This document shows positions 63,643 through 64,000 of a stretch of DNA of 64,000 bases, piece after piece (within the stretch, counting starts at the first letter, position 1; the number at the start of each line of letters is the position of its first letter). Source of the DNA: Paragordius varius. Lineage: Eukaryota; Animalia; Nematomorpha. A model generated the notes under the pieces. That model worked only from the letters and a program-made list of their open reading frames with translations, was not told the origin of the DNA and searched no databases. The DNA is taken from positions 930,001 through 994,000 of the forward strand of contig OZ176055.1 in NCBI GenBank assembly GCA_964247055.1, given 5' to 3'. Position numbers and translations under genes: made by a program.

Positions 63643-63999
63643 TCAAGATGGATTTTCATTAGAATCTGTTGTCGTCGTATTACTATTGGCATTAGAGACA
63701 TAAACATTTGGGGCGGTGTTGGCATTTAAGCTAAGAAGGGAATTGGAATTATCGTCAAACAAAACAATTCCAGAATCATTTATGGAATTTCCGCGGGTTA
63801 AATTAGTTAATCTTGAAGCGGAAGATGCTGTTTGGGTTTGTTCTTGACTGCCATTCAATCGATTCGATGTATCCAAAATCACTGAAGCCGTATTTCGCAT
63901 CATATTAGTATGGTTGTTATCAGAAGAATGAATATTTCCATTTGTGGTGATGGCATCCTTGGGCTGTGAATCATTTAATAACTTCTCTAAACTTTCAGT
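63643..63999 (-). CDS. 3' end (last exon) of an unidentified Ser/Asn/Thr-rich protein gene that starts beyond the window
   Basis: The frame is open from the window edge (TESLEKLLNDSQPKDAITTNG...) to the TGA at 63643-63645, with raised GC. Confidence 0.65.
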   Translation of the reverse strand, partial: TESLEKLLNDSQPKDAITTNGNIHSSDNNHTNMMRNTASVILDTSNRLNGSQEQTQTASSASRLTNLTRGNSINDSGIVLFDDNSNSLLSLNANTAPNVYVSNANSNTTTTDSNENPS

Positions 64000-64000
64000 G

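Noticed and set aside
1-64000. Naming the source organism, or proposing a variant genetic code
   Set aside because: Micro-introns and AT bias suggest a derived invertebrate but cannot identify it without a search. All reconstructed genes translate and terminate normally with the standard code.

Overview
Very AT-rich eukaryotic DNA, apparently from an invertebrate animal; no prokaryotic features. Six intron-containing housekeeping genes can be rebuilt by eye: TMEM192 (+), U2AF1/U2AF35 (-), an aldo-keto reductase (+), PFDN5 (-), NOC4L (+) and a hexokinase (+). There is also a 625-aa single-exon orphan ORF (-) and the 3' end of another gene at the right edge (-). Introns and intergenic DNA are full of mobile elements: an RTE-clade LINE with an intact ORF inside a U2AF1 intron, a young 1.5-kb miniature LTR element with matching TSDs, three decayed hAT transposons and several MITE families. 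The most unusual biology is in splicing. Five 24-28-nt GT-AG micro-introns sit beside kilobase introns; one is a stop-free 3n intron at the AKR catalytic Asp. U2AF1 has a candidate poison exon, several acceptors are A-rich, and only 87 bp separate the divergent U2AF1 and AKR start codons. Family assignments come from recalled motifs, not database searches. Coordinates marked ~ are approximate.
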